Position numbers and translations under genes: made by a program. Below are positions 19,173-29,144 of a stretch of 64,000 nt of DNA, piece after piece. The stretch is from Leptolyngbyaceae cyanobacterium (GTDB lineage Bacteria; Cyanobacteriota; Cyanobacteriia; Phormidesmidales; Phormidesmidaceae): NCBI GenBank assembly GCA_050331235.1, contig JBHJHA010000010.1, forward strand, positions 20,195 through 84,194, given 5' to 3'. Under the pieces are notes generated by a model that ran no database searches, was not told the origin of the DNA, and worked only from the letters and a program-made list of their open reading frames with translations. How positions within the stretch are numbered: position 1 is the first letter of the stretch; every line of letters starts with the position of its first letter.

Positions 19173-21407
19173 ATGGTAATGCCCCTATTAAAACGGTATG
19201 GTCTCGCCCTCCAGCGTTATAAATGGGTGGCAGTTGCGGCATTTTTAGGGACACTGGGGGTGTCAAGTCTGCTGGCCATACAGCCGCCCCCAGCAGAAAG
19301 ATACAAATCTAATGGCGTGTTAGTGCAAAACTCGCCTGTGGTGTCGTTTACCATCACCGGGGTTGAACTGCAGCAGCAGGGGCAAGGAATTATCACCCAG
19401 GAGTTTTTATTAGCAGACATCTTGCTGGACCGGGTCGCACAACAGCTGGCAGCCCAGGGCATAGAGACGACGCCTGAACAAATTCGCAACAATGTCGAGA
19501 TTTTTATTAATACTGGCGGCGGTGAAGAGGGAGGCGAAGGCAATGTCTTGCAAAGTGTCAACGTCGGGTACACAGCTAATTGTCCTGAAAAGGCGGAAGC
19601 CGTCTTGTCTGTGCTATTTCAAGGCATGGTAGAGCTGAGCCGTGTGACCAACCGGGCCCGCCTAGGGACTATTGTCTCAGCTTTAGATGAACGTCTGCCC
19701 TCCATTGAAGCAGAATTGCGAGAGGCCGAGCAGGCCTTAGAGGCCTACGATCGCCTCGAGGGACCTGCTATTCAAGCGGCTTTAGATGGCAGTCTCCTAG
19801 GAGCAATTTCGAGTAGCCAGGAGCAAAGACGACAAAATCTGATTACGTTGGCGGGCATCAACGCCCAAATGCAAAGTTTGCAAAATCAATTGGGCCTATC
19901 GCCAGATGCTGCATATGCGTCGTCCGCTCTGAGTGCCGATCCGATACTGGCACAGCTCCGAGCCAATATCTACGAGGCCGAGTCACAGCTCAAGGTGCTC
20001 TCGCAAACGTTGCGTCCGGCTCATCCGACGATGGTCGAGCTTCAAAAAAACCTGGATGCCTACGACCAACTCTTGCAAGAGCGAGCGGCAGAGGTGATCG
20101 GTGGCGGGGGGCGACTCGCAGCGTTGCCCAGTGCGGAGGTCGTTCGACAAAACAGTAATTTAGATCCGGCGCGAGCACAGTTGGCCAATCAGCTGGTGGG
20201 GCTCAAGACCCAGCGGGATGCACTCATTACCCAGCAACAAGTTTTGGCCCAATCAGAGCGACAGCTCAGAGAAGCCTATGCCAGTCTGCCCAATAAACAA
20301 CTTGAACGCGATCGCTTAGCTCAGCAAGTAGCGCTCAAGCGAGCTCTTTATGACCAAGTGCAGGCAAAACGCATCGATGCCCAAGCCGCGGAAGCAGAAA
20401 CGGTCAGCAGTCTGTCGGTGGCGAGCCCCCCGGCTACGCTGCCAGTGCCGGCGGAGGCAACCCCTCCCATTGTGATTCTGATTGCCGGTGCCATTGTAGG
20501 ACTAGGCTTAGGCGGAGGGATTGTCTTCCTCCTCGATATGTTAGATCCCACCATTCGCATCTTCGAGGATCTCGACAAGCTTTTCGAAGATCAGGATATT
20601 CCCTTACTGGGTCTAGTACCGGAGGTCAATCCGCGGCGCGGTGAGCCGGTATTGATTACTGATGTTAGTCATCCCTGCAATGAGATTTACGAACGGCTTC
20701 GCAGTAATCTACAGATTGCTGGGGCTGAGCGTAATGCCGGCAAAGTGCCCAAAGCGGTGTTGGTAACCAGTGCGATCGCCAATGAAGGTAAAACCACCAC
20801 TGCCTACAATTTGGGAATTGCTTCTGCCCGGGCAGGCCGACGAACTCTAGTCGTTGAAATGGATCTACGGAATCCTTCCCAGGCCAGGCGGTTGGGCGTT
20901 CAGCTTGATGAAAACGCCGTAGCGGAGCCCCTGCGCTACTATGCCGGTCGTCTCTCTGATCCAGTCAAAATGGTGCCTGCTGTCGCTAACCTATATGTCT
21001 CGCCAAGCGTTGGCCCACAGCGCAATCCAGCATCGGTGATTGATGCCAGCGAGATGAGTCGCTTTCTCAAGGATGCCTACGCTCGGTTTGATTTCATCAT
21101 CTTTGACGCGCCCCATTTTACTGGCAGCAACGATGCCGTGCTGCTGGAGCCCAGAACCAATGGCATGATTGTAGTATCACGACCGGGCACCTCACAAAAA
21201 CCCGTGCTCACAGCCATGCTAGAACAGCTTGAAGAAAAAGAGGATATTCGCCTATTGGGCGCTGTGATCAACGGTGCCGATATTCCGATCGCGGCAGCTC
21301 AGATGCGAGACGACTCACTCGTCGTCGCAGATGACGAGTTAGAACCGGAGGGTACTGTACCGCCACGCTCTCGTCAGGTCCCAGTGGGCGTACCAGTTGA
21401 TTTTTAA
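19173..21407 (+). CDS. Wzc/GumC-like polysaccharide co-polymerase with BY-kinase-like domain
   Basis: Two TM segments around a coiled-coil region; YERLRSNL, Walker A SAIANEGKTT, MDLRNP, IIFDAP, GAVIN. Confidence 0.88.
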   Translation: MVMPLLKRYGLALQRYKWVAVAAFLGTLGVSSLLAIQPPPAERYKSNGVLVQNSPVVSFTITGVELQQQGQGIITQEFLLADILLDRVAQQLAAQGIETTPEQIRNNVEIFINTGGGEEGGEGNVLQSVNVGYTANCPEKAEAVLSVLFQGMVELSRVTNRARLGTIVSALDERLPSIEAELREAEQALEAYDRLEGPAIQAALDGSLLGAISSSQEQRRQNLITLAGINAQMQSLQNQLGLSPDAAYASSALSADPILAQLRANIYEAESQLKVLSQTLRPAHPTMVELQKNLDAYDQLLQERAAEVIGGGGRLAALPSAEVVRQNSNLDPARAQLANQLVGLKTQRDALITQQQVLAQSERQLREAYASLPNKQLERDRLAQQVALKRALYDQVQAKRIDAQAAEAETVSSLSVASPPATLPVPAEATPPIVILIAGAIVGLGLGGGIVFLLDMLDPTIRIFEDLDKLFEDQDIPLLGLVPEVNPRRGEPVLITDVSHPCNEIYERLRSNLQIAGAERNAGKVPKAVLVTSAIANEGKTTTAYNLGIASARAGRRTLVVEMDLRNPSQARRLGVQLDENAVAEPLRYYAGRLSDPVKMVPAVANLYVSPSVGPQRNPASVIDASEMSRFLKDAYARFDFIIFDAPHFTGSNDAVLLEPRTNGMIVVSRPGTSQKPVLTAMLEQLEEKEDIRLLGAVINGADIPIAAAQMRDDSLVVADDELEPEGTVPPRSRQVPVGVPVDF

Positions 21408-21814
21408 GCCGGCTTAGAATTCCTCAAATCTGTTCTACTTCTCGGCCAAACGTCAGTGCCGACAGCAGCAAATAAAGAAAGTCTGTCATCATGGCAGGAT
21501 GCAAGCGGATTTGATGTCAAGTTGGTCTTGGGTATGGGGTTCTGGGGATAGGGGCACAAACCGGATTTATTCTATCCATCTGTACACTGCTATCCGTGAG
21601 CTCCGAATCTCAATCTCCGATCTTGGAAAGCCGGAAACTTCCTCGAAGCGACTCCTTAAGCCCTGCTCGGCCTTGGGGATGGGAAAAAGGATAGGCAGAA
21701 AGCCCAAATGTACAAAGGGCAAGGGTTTGGTGCCTACGACTTGAAGCAGAAATAACCCTTCAAGCTGAGCGGCCAAACTGCCTCGCCCAATGAAAAACTT
21801 GCGATCGCGCTGGA

Positions 21815-22426
21815 TTAAATAAGCGTCAGTAAATAGATCAGCGCAAAGAGTACAATCCAAACGACGTCGACGAAGTGCCAGTAGATTTCTGCCATCTCAA
21901 CGCCAGTATGATGCTCGACACCATAGTGACCTTCACGGCGCGATCGCCACAGTACGCCCAAAATCAGCAACAGCCCAATAAAGACGTGGAGACCATGGAA
22001 GCCAGTCATCAGGTAAAAGCAGTTGCTAAACAAGTTCGTCTGGAGACCATAGCCAAGGGTCATGTACTCATAGACCTGCCCGACTAGGAAGATGGCCCCC
22101 ATGGCGGCAGTGATGGAATACCACTTGCGGAGCCCTTTGACGTCTCCCTGTTTGATTGCCGTATCGCCGTAGTGAATGACAAAACTGCTGGACACCAGAA
22201 TGACAGTGTTGATGGCAGGCAATAACAACTCAACTTCCGTTTCTTCTGGGGGCCAGGCCGCAGCTTCAGCCCGATAGACCAAGAAGAGCACAAAAAAGCC
22301 CGCAAACATCAAAAATTCAGAAGACAGGAAAGTCAAAAGTCCTAGAACTCGGAAATCGTGATGTTCAACCTGTTGGACTTCAGCCGGGATGGTATTTTCG
22401 GGGGTGGATTCTACTGCGCCTTGCAT
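21815..22426 (-). CDS. ctaE: Cytochrome c oxidase subunit III
   Basis: FLSSEFLMF, NTVILVSSS, TGFHGLHV, YWHFVDVVW. Confidence 0.96.
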   Translation of the reverse strand: MQGAVESTPENTIPAEVQQVEHHDFRVLGLLTFLSSEFLMFAGFFVLFLVYRAEAAAWPPEETEVELLLPAINTVILVSSSFVIHYGDTAIKQGDVKGLRKWYSITAAMGAIFLVGQVYEYMTLGYGLQTNLFSNCFYLMTGFHGLHVFIGLLLILGVLWRSRREGHYGVEHHTGVEMAEIYWHFVDVVWIVLFALIYLLTLI

Positions 22427-22461
22427 AAGCTCTCAGAGATAAATGAATAACAAGATGAGGC

Positions 22462-22494
22462 AATAGAGACGAACTTTATTGGTTCGTCTCTATT
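22462..22494. other. Intra-operon stem-loop between ctaD and ctaE
   Basis: AATAGAGACGAAC-tttattg-GTTCGTCTCTATT, perfect 13-bp stem. Confidence 0.65.
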
Positions 22495-22506
22495 CACAGA
22501 ATTTCG

Positions 22507-24147
22507 TTACGAAGAAGACACCTTAGCTGGTTCCTCGCCATAGTCGTAGGGCCCTTCAGTCAGCACGGGCAAAACTTCCCAGTTTTCGATGATGGGTGGT
22601 GACTCCGTTGTCCATTCCAAAGTTTTGGCATCCCAGGGATTACCAGAGGCCTTTTCGCCCTGGCTCCAGCTCCAGATCGCGTTGATCAAAAAGGGTAGAA
22701 CAGAGATGCCAAGGACAAAGGCCCCGACTGTGCACAGGATGTTGATGGCTTGAAACTGCGGGTCGTACATGGCGACTCGACGCGGCATACCTTTGAGACC
22801 AAGTTCGTGCATGGGCAAAAAGGTCAAGTTGGTGCCGATAAACGTGAGCACAAAGTGCAGCTTGCCCAAAGGCTCGTTCAACATGCGCCCAGTAATCTTG
22901 GGGAACCAGTGGTAGAGACCCGCATAGAGGCCAAACACTGAACCGCCAAAGAGCACGTAGTGGAAGTGGGCCACAACGTAGTAAGTGTCATGGACGTGAA
23001 TATCTACCGGAGCGGTTCCCAAGGTGACGCCGCTCAAGCCGCCAAACACAAACATGGCGAGCAGGCCGATCGCAAACAACATGGCGCTGTTGTAGCGGAT
23101 CTTGCCGCCCCAAAGAGTAGCCACCCAGCTAAAGATCTTGACCCCTGTGGGTACCGCCACAATCAGCGTTGATACGGTGAAGAACATCCGCATCCAAGGG
23201 GGGGTGCCGCTGGTGAACATGTGGTGCACCCAGACAAACAACCCGACTAGGCAAATGGTGAGCGAAGAATAAGCGATCGCCTTATAGCCAAAAATCGGCT
23301 TGCGGGCGTGTACGGGCAGAACCTCTGACATGATGCCGAAGATCGGCAGAATCATTAGGTACACCGCCGGATGGGAGTAAAACCAGAATAAGTGCTGATA
23401 CATCACCACATCGCCCCCAGCTTCAGGCCGGAAGAACGACGTGCCAAAGTTGATATCAAACAGGAGCAAAATCAAACCGGCGGCCAGTACGGGGGTCGAA
23501 AATAGCGCCAGAATGGAGGTTGCCAAAATTGCCCAGCAAAACAGGGGCATGTCGTTCCACCCCATGCTGGGAACGCGCATTTTCCAGATGGTGACGATAA
23601 AGTTGACAGCACCCAAAATTGAGGAAGTACCGGCAAACACGATCGCCAAAATCCACATGGATTGAGCGGTATTAGCGGTGATGAGGCTCAGGGGAGGATA
23701 CGAAGTCCAGCCCGATTGCGCCCCACCAAACAGAAAACTGCCGGCAATCAGACCGCCTGCCGGTACCGTTAGCCAAAAGGCCAGGGCATTGAGCTTGGGG
23801 AAGGCCATGTCGCGGGCCCCGATCATGAGCGGCACGAGAAAGTTGCCGAACCCACCGATCGCACCAGGCACGATCCACAAAAAGATCATGATAGTGCCGT
23901 GATTGGTCAACATGGCGTTGTACAAATCAGGGCTCATAAAGTCGGACTGAGGTGTTGCTAACTCTGTCCGCATCGCGAGGGCCATCGCCCCCCCGGCTAA
24001 GTAAAAGATAAAGGCGGTCACCAAGTACTGAATACCAATGACTTTGTGATCGATGTTAAAGGTGAAGTAGTGGTACCACTTCCATTTTTCAGGATGGGGA
24101 AACGACTGAAAGCCAGTCATTTCTCCTGTGAGATTTGCTTGTGCCAT
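22507..24147 (-). CDS. ctaD: Cytochrome c oxidase subunit I
   Basis: DHKVIGIQY, WFYSHPAVY, VWVHHMF, VAHFHYV, GMPRR. Confidence 0.98.
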   Translation of the reverse strand: MAQANLTGEMTGFQSFPHPEKWKWYHYFTFNIDHKVIGIQYLVTAFIFYLAGGAMALAMRTELATPQSDFMSPDLYNAMLTNHGTIMIFLWIVPGAIGGFGNFLVPLMIGARDMAFPKLNALAFWLTVPAGGLIAGSFLFGGAQSGWTSYPPLSLITANTAQSMWILAIVFAGTSSILGAVNFIVTIWKMRVPSMGWNDMPLFCWAILATSILALFSTPVLAAGLILLLFDINFGTSFFRPEAGGDVVMYQHLFWFYSHPAVYLMILPIFGIMSEVLPVHARKPIFGYKAIAYSSLTICLVGLFVWVHHMFTSGTPPWMRMFFTVSTLIVAVPTGVKIFSWVATLWGGKIRYNSAMLFAIGLLAMFVFGGLSGVTLGTAPVDIHVHDTYYVVAHFHYVLFGGSVFGLYAGLYHWFPKITGRMLNEPLGKLHFVLTFIGTNLTFLPMHELGLKGMPRRVAMYDPQFQAINILCTVGAFVLGISVLPFLINAIWSWSQGEKASGNPWDAKTLEWTTESPPIIENWEVLPVLTEGPYDYGEEPAKVSSS

Positions 24148-24195
24148 ATTATGGATCTAAGAGAGCAATTATGATGCGGTCAAAGCGAAGGAAAG

Positions 24196-25185
24196 TTAAT
24201 CGTTGAGATGGGCTAATAGGTGAGCGTTGACACCGGCCGCTGCGCCGTAGGGCGCGAGGTACTCAGCATTGGTCATCTCAGCGGGGTTAGCGGCGATCGC
24301 CGTCTCGGCAGTACCGGGAATCGCCTGAGCGACCCGAGACTCGACCCAGTGGCGATAGTCAGACGGTGAATGTACGATGACCTGAGTTCGCATGGAGCCA
24401 TGGTAGCCACCGCAGAGCTCAGCGCAAACGACGGGATAGGCACCCACCTTATTTGCTAAAAACCGGAGTTCAGTATCTTTGCCAGGGATGGCATCCTGTT
24501 TTAGCCGGAACTGAGGTACCCAAAAAGAATGAATGACATCCTTCGCCGAAATATTGAGCTTGATGTCTGCGTTCACAGGAATATGCAGTTCGCCATCGAC
24601 GATGCCGGTATCTGGATAGGTAAAGATCCAGGCATATTGCATCCCAGAAACGTTGACCTCCAAATCGGCGGACTGTCCCTCTTTATCAATGGGCGCGCCA
24701 ATGCCGTAGACCGATTTTGCCAGTAGGGTTTCACCCTCGCCATCGGTTGCCGTCATGGCCTGGTTGAGGGGGGCCTCAGCCGCTTGCGCAATCATCATGC
24801 CGTGGTCGTGGGCCACGTCACCGGGGGCAAAACCGCCCATCTCTTGGAAGACCTGGACGCTGTAAATCCCTAGGCCAATGACGATAACGGCAGGAATAGC
24901 GGTCCAAAAAGCTTCCAGAGGGAGGTTGCCTTCAATGGGCAAGCCGTCAGTGTCATCCCCCTTACGGCGACGAAACGCCACCATGCAATAAACAATGGTG
25001 CCTTCTACCACCAAGAATAAGGCGGTACCAATCACCATCATGACGTTGAAAAAGTTGTCGACCAAGACGGCTTGGGCGGATGCCTGCTCAGGTAGTAAGC
25101 CATGGTTGAAGCCCACCCAAAAACTGATCAGGGTGACCAACACGCCCACTGTCAGTGTCCATAATGGAGCGGGAATTTGTTTCAT
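24196..25185 (-). CDS. ctaC: Cytochrome c oxidase subunit II (CuA-containing, aa3-type)
   Basis: DVIHSFWVP and CAELCGGYHGSM CuA ligands; ATG 25185 preferred. Confidence 0.96.
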   Translation of the reverse strand: MKQIPAPLWTLTVGVLVTLISFWVGFNHGLLPEQASAQAVLVDNFFNVMMVIGTALFLVVEGTIVYCMVAFRRRKGDDTDGLPIEGNLPLEAFWTAIPAVIVIGLGIYSVQVFQEMGGFAPGDVAHDHGMMIAQAAEAPLNQAMTATDGEGETLLAKSVYGIGAPIDKEGQSADLEVNVSGMQYAWIFTYPDTGIVDGELHIPVNADIKLNISAKDVIHSFWVPQFRLKQDAIPGKDTELRFLANKVGAYPVVCAELCGGYHGSMRTQVIVHSPSDYRHWVESRVAQAIPGTAETAIAANPAEMTNAEYLAPYGAAAGVNAHLLAHLND

Positions 25186-25409
25186 AGCGATCGCTCCCAA
25201 CGGGAGTCGTGTTGATAAGTGCAGGTCACTGCCATCACACAATGACCACTGGCAAACATCCTAAGCAGGGGAATCGGATCCCGGGGGCAAACTTTGGATT
25301 TGCTTTACCTAAAGGGAAAAAAGCGTTACACACTGAAACAAGTGGCTGCGTCAATTGGGCGATCGCTGGCATCTACTAAGCTTGTTATGCAGTAGTCAGT
25401 TGCCGTCAA

Positions 25410-25688
25410 ATGGATCTAAAAAGCAAGCTGACAAATTATCTGGATGTGCAGGGGCGGCTGAAGGCATGGCCCTCGCGGCGCAATCGGCGGCAGTTTCAGC
25501 GGTGGGCGCTGGAATATCTCATCGAGAAGTTTAAGCAGGATCTCCTCTACAGCGAAAAGCAGGTGAACGAAATCCTCAATCAGCACCACACCTTTGGTGA
25601 TCCGGCGCTGTTACGGCGAGAAATGTTTGAACGCAAGCTGATGAATCGAACCAGGGACGGTGCAGCCTACTGGAGACAAACGCAATGA
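25410..25688 (+). CDS. DUF2087-family small protein
   Basis: GRLKAWPSR, YSEKQVNEIL, DPALLRREMFE, RDGAAYW. Confidence 0.8.
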   Translation: MDLKSKLTNYLDVQGRLKAWPSRRNRRQFQRWALEYLIEKFKQDLLYSEKQVNEILNQHHTFGDPALLRREMFERKLMNRTRDGAAYWRQTQ

Positions 25689-25815
25689 AACCAGTAGGGC
25701 CGTCTTGGCCTCATAACGTAAGTAGCCCCGATCTAGGACGTCAAACCATCATTCATTGCGAGAATAGCTGCCTGGGACTTGAAATAATGCCAATTCTGCA
25801 AAATAGCACTGCAGA

Positions 25816-25905
25816 TCGAAAATCCCCCGCTGTCGCCGCCCTCCGGGAAAGGGGACTAAGCCCAAACTGTATGTAACTGCCAACTTTTCAAGAGGGTTGG
25901 GAGAT
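25816..25905. repeat. Degenerate copy of a ~90-bp MITE-like element
   Basis: 25816-25841 matches 63501-63526 at 25/26; right end CTTTTCAAGAGGGTTGGGAGAT resembles CTTTTTAAGGGGGGTTGGGGGGAT of the other copy. Confidence 0.65.
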
Positions 25906-26009
25906 GAGTTTTATTAGGTGTAACTTTGATTCAGAGAACTGGTATAGCCTCTATCCCATCGGCTCAATCATTTCGGTCGCAAGGGCTGGAAGATTTCAAC
26001 AGGACTCCT

Positions 26010-26289
26010 ATGTCCCCCTCTAATTTGGAACAACTGCGTCGAGATTACCTAAACAGCAAGGAAACATATATCGCGGCGCTGCAAGAGCATTATTCAGTAC
26101 TGCAAGGTTGAACATGCTCGCCTAGTAAAACAGTTTGGCGACCCAATGACCATGGCCTACTTCAGCGATCGCTTTGGCAGTGGTAGTCAGTGGGCCCAAG
26201 CGGCGGACTGTGGCAGCGCGATGGGGCACAAAGTACGAGAACTGGCAGCGGAACTAACCGCCCTCGGGGTCATCGTCTCAGAGCCGTAG
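26010..26289 (+). pseudogene. Probable frameshifted small hypothetical gene (~92 aa)
   Basis: AGGA SD then ATG 26010 (MSPSNLEQLRRDY...); stop at 26111, but the +1 frame continues VEHARLVKQFGDP...LTALGVIVSEP* to 26289. Confidence 0.4.
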
Positions 26290-26316
26290 GATCTCGAGTC
26301 TGACAGCGAGCGACTT

Positions 26317-26346
26317 TATTTGTAGCTGTGCTATTTGTAGCTGCGC
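26317..26346. repeat. Tandem 15-bp duplication of the sdhA 3' end
   Basis: TATTTGTAGCTGTGC / TATTTGTAGCTGCGC, 14/15 identical. Confidence 0.75.
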
Positions 26347-28241
26347 TGGGTTAGCTCAACATTTTCAAACTGCAGGTCTTCGCGATGGAGAGTCGGGGTG
26401 CGATCGCGCCCCTGGTATTGCCAAGCGGCTACGTAGGCGAAGTGTTCATCATCCCGCTTGGCTTCGCCATCAGCCGTCTGATACTCCTCACGAAAGTGAC
26501 CGCCACAGGACTCTTCGCGGTGGAGGGCGTCCCGCGCCATCAGTTCCGCCAATTCTATAAAGTCGGCAACGCGCCCGGCAAACTCCAAATTTTTGTTCAT
26601 GCGGTTGGCCTCACCCGGCACCCTGAGATTCTGCCAAAATTCTTCCCGCAGATCTTGAATGCGGGCGATCGCGCTCTCCAAACCAACCTGATCACGGGCC
26701 ATGCCGATGAAATCCCAAACCAACTGCCCCAGTTCGCGATGGAAAGCCATCACTGTCTTATTGCCGTGAATCTGTAAAAGCTGCTCGATCTGCTGCTGAA
26801 CGCTGGCTTCGGCGGCGGCAAACGCATCATGCTCAGTCGTAACAGGCTCCAACGGTTGACTGGCCAGATAAACACCCAACGTTTGGGGAACTACGAAGTA
26901 GCCATCGGCTAGTCCCTGCATCAGAGCGCTGGCCCCTAGGCGATTGGCTCCATGGTCAGAAAAGTTGGCCTCGCCCAAAACAAACAGGCCAGGAATTGTG
27001 CTCATCAAGTGATAATCCACCCATAGCCCGCCCATGGTATAGTGCACCGCTGGGTAAATGCGCATAGGCATCTGGTAGGGATTTTCCCCGGTAATGCGCT
27101 GGTACATGGCAAACAAGTTACCGTATTTGGCCGCGATCGCCGCTGTCCCCTGCGTAGCGATCGCGTCGCGGAAGTCCAGATAAACCGAAAGGCCGGTCTC
27201 GCCCACCCCCCGTCCAGTATCGGTCATTGCCTTTGCATTACGCGAAGCGACATCGCGGGGCACTAAATTACCGAAGGCGGGGTAGCGTCGTTCTAAGTAA
27301 TAATCGCGATCGCCGTCGGGGATGGCGTGGGGCGGCCGGCGATCGCCGGGTTGCTTGGGCACCCACACGCGCCCGTCATTACGTAGCCCTTCACTCATCA
27401 GGGTCAGCTTTGATTGATAATCGCCTGAAACAGGAATGCAGGTGGGGTGGATTTGGGTATAGCAGGGATTGGCAAAATAAGCCCCCCGCTTGTGACAGCG
27501 CCAAGCCGCTGAGACGTTGGAATTTTTGGCGTTGGTCGACAGATAATACACATTGCCGTAGCCGCCGGTGCACAGCAGCACCGCATCGCCGTGGTGGCGC
27601 TCCAACGCTCCGGTCACCAGGTTACGGGTGATGATGCCCCGCGCCTGATTGTGAACAACGACTAAATCTAGCATTTCCCGACGGGCAAAGAGCTTAATTT
27701 GCCCTATTTGCACCTGTCGCATCATGGCGCTGTAGGCCCCGAGCAACAGTTGTTGCCCCGTCTGGCCCTGAGCGTAAAAGGTACGCGAGACGAGCGCCCC
27801 GCCAAAAGAGCGATTCGCCAGTAGTCCCCCATATTCTCGGGCGAAAGGAACGCCCTGGGCTACACACTGATCGATGATGTGGTTGCTGATTTCCGCTAGG
27901 CGAAAAACATTGGCCTCGCGGGAACGGTAGTCGCCGCCCTTGATGGTGTCGTAAAACAGTCGCCACACGCTGTCACCGTCATGGGGATAGTTCTTAGTAG
28001 CGTTGATGCCGCCTTGGGCGGCAATGCTGTGGGCGCGCCTTGGTGAATCTTGAATACAAAAACTTTTAACCCGATAGCCAAGTTCGGCCAGGGTTGCCGC
28101 TGCCGCTGCCCCCGCCAGCCCTGTACCCACAACTAAGATGGTGTGCTTGCGTTTGTTGTTTGGACTAACCAGGGGGCTATGCTCTTGAAAATGAGTCCAC
28201 TTGTCGCGCAGGGAACCAGCAGGAATGCGGGGATCAAGCAT
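26331..28241 (-). CDS. sdhA: Succinate dehydrogenase/fumarate reductase flavoprotein subunit
   Basis: [56 protein letters not shown]. Confidence 0.95.
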   Translation of the reverse strand: MLDPRIPAGSLRDKWTHFQEHSPLVSPNNKRKHTILVVGTGLAGAAAAATLAELGYRVKSFCIQDSPRRAHSIAAQGGINATKNYPHDGDSVWRLFYDTIKGGDYRSREANVFRLAEISNHIIDQCVAQGVPFAREYGGLLANRSFGGALVSRTFYAQGQTGQQLLLGAYSAMMRQVQIGQIKLFARREMLDLVVVHNQARGIITRNLVTGALERHHGDAVLLCTGGYGNVYYLSTNAKNSNVSAAWRCHKRGAYFANPCYTQIHPTCIPVSGDYQSKLTLMSEGLRNDGRVWVPKQPGDRRPPHAIPDGDRDYYLERRYPAFGNLVPRDVASRNAKAMTDTGRGVGETGLSVYLDFRDAIATQGTAAIAAKYGNLFAMYQRITGENPYQMPMRIYPAVHYTMGGLWVDYHLMSTIPGLFVLGEANFSDHGANRLGASALMQGLADGYFVVPQTLGVYLASQPLEPVTTEHDAFAAAEASVQQQIEQLLQIHGNKTVMAFHRELGQLVWDFIGMARDQVGLESAIARIQDLREEFWQNLRVPGEANRMNKNLEFAGRVADFIELAELMARDALHREESCGGHFREEYQTADGEAKRDDEHFAYVAAWQYQGRDRTPTLHREDLQFENVELTQRSYK

Positions 28242-28565
28242 GGAGTCAGCTAAAAATAGGAAATCGCGATCGCCCTGACAGATCGGTGCATACGCTCGGC
28301 GATATTTCGATCCTGACTCAAATTTCAGGGTTTGTCAGAGGGCAGCAACAAAAAGATCGACAACTACCCGACATGGTCCATAGGTAGCAATTCTCAATCA
28401 GCCGCGGCAAACTCATCAAGAAAGGTCAGGGTAAACGAACGAGTTGACGATGAAGCTAAACAGCGATAGGTAACCGCTAACCGCTAAACGACCAGCTGAT
28501 GGCCATCCGTTGCCGCGAGGTATTAGTCTACTCTAGACTTAGATCACAAACGATATGTCCAGATT

Positions 28566-28796
28566 GTGAGCTATCGCGACATCATTACGATTGAGTCCGA
28601 TAAGCGTGGTGGTAAGCCCTATATTCAGCGGATGCGGATTTTGGTCTATGATGCCCCGGGTTGGTTAGCACTGGGTATGTCTACCGCTGAGATCATTGAC
28701 GATTTCCCAGAATTAACAGAAACCGACATTAAGGCATGCTCAGAGTTCGCGGCTGATTGTGAGCATCGTTTAGTTGCGTCAGTGAGTGCTGATTGA
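28566..28796 (+). CDS. DUF433-family antitoxin (appears degenerate)
   Basis: ITIESDKRGGKP.I..MRI.VYD...GMS..EIIDDFPELT..DI.AC; overlaps the toxin remnant by 4 bp. Confidence 0.8.
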   Translation: MSYRDIITIESDKRGGKPYIQRMRILVYDAPGWLALGMSTAEIIDDFPELTETDIKACSEFAADCEHRLVASVSAD

Positions 28797-29123
28797 AACC
28801 CCTGTTCGACTAAAACCTCAGCCACAAGCTGGTCAATCGGTTAGCTGATATTTTCCCTGAATCCTGCCACGCTCGATTTCACAATCTAGCTAAGAAAACA
28901 GATACTGAGATTTGAGGATTTGCTAAGCTCAGTGACTTCTGCATAGCGACACAGGCTGCAGATTTCCTTGAAAGAAGTCGACTTACGGCTCTCCAACTGA
29001 CGTTGTTTGGTTTCGATGTGGTAATGACCAACTAGAGATGTTGAAAATCTAATACGGGCTGGAGCCGAAGCAATTTAAGGGCTGCTGACAAATATTGACC
29101 TGCACTGTCTAGAATTGCATTGA
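28793..29123 (+). pseudogene. DUF5615 PIN-like toxin pseudogene
   Basis: MKPLFD*NLSHKLVNRLADIFP...TDTEI*GFAK..FCIATQAADF, then frameshifted YGSP..VVWFRCGN..., ending LHCLELH*; several stops and frameshifts. Confidence 0.85.
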
Positions 29124-29144
29124 CCCAAGAATGAACGATTTTGG

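Noticed and set aside
21815..25185. Alternative respiratory terminal oxidase (ARTO)
   Set aside because: Subunit II has a complete CuA motif, so this is the aa3-type cytochrome c oxidase
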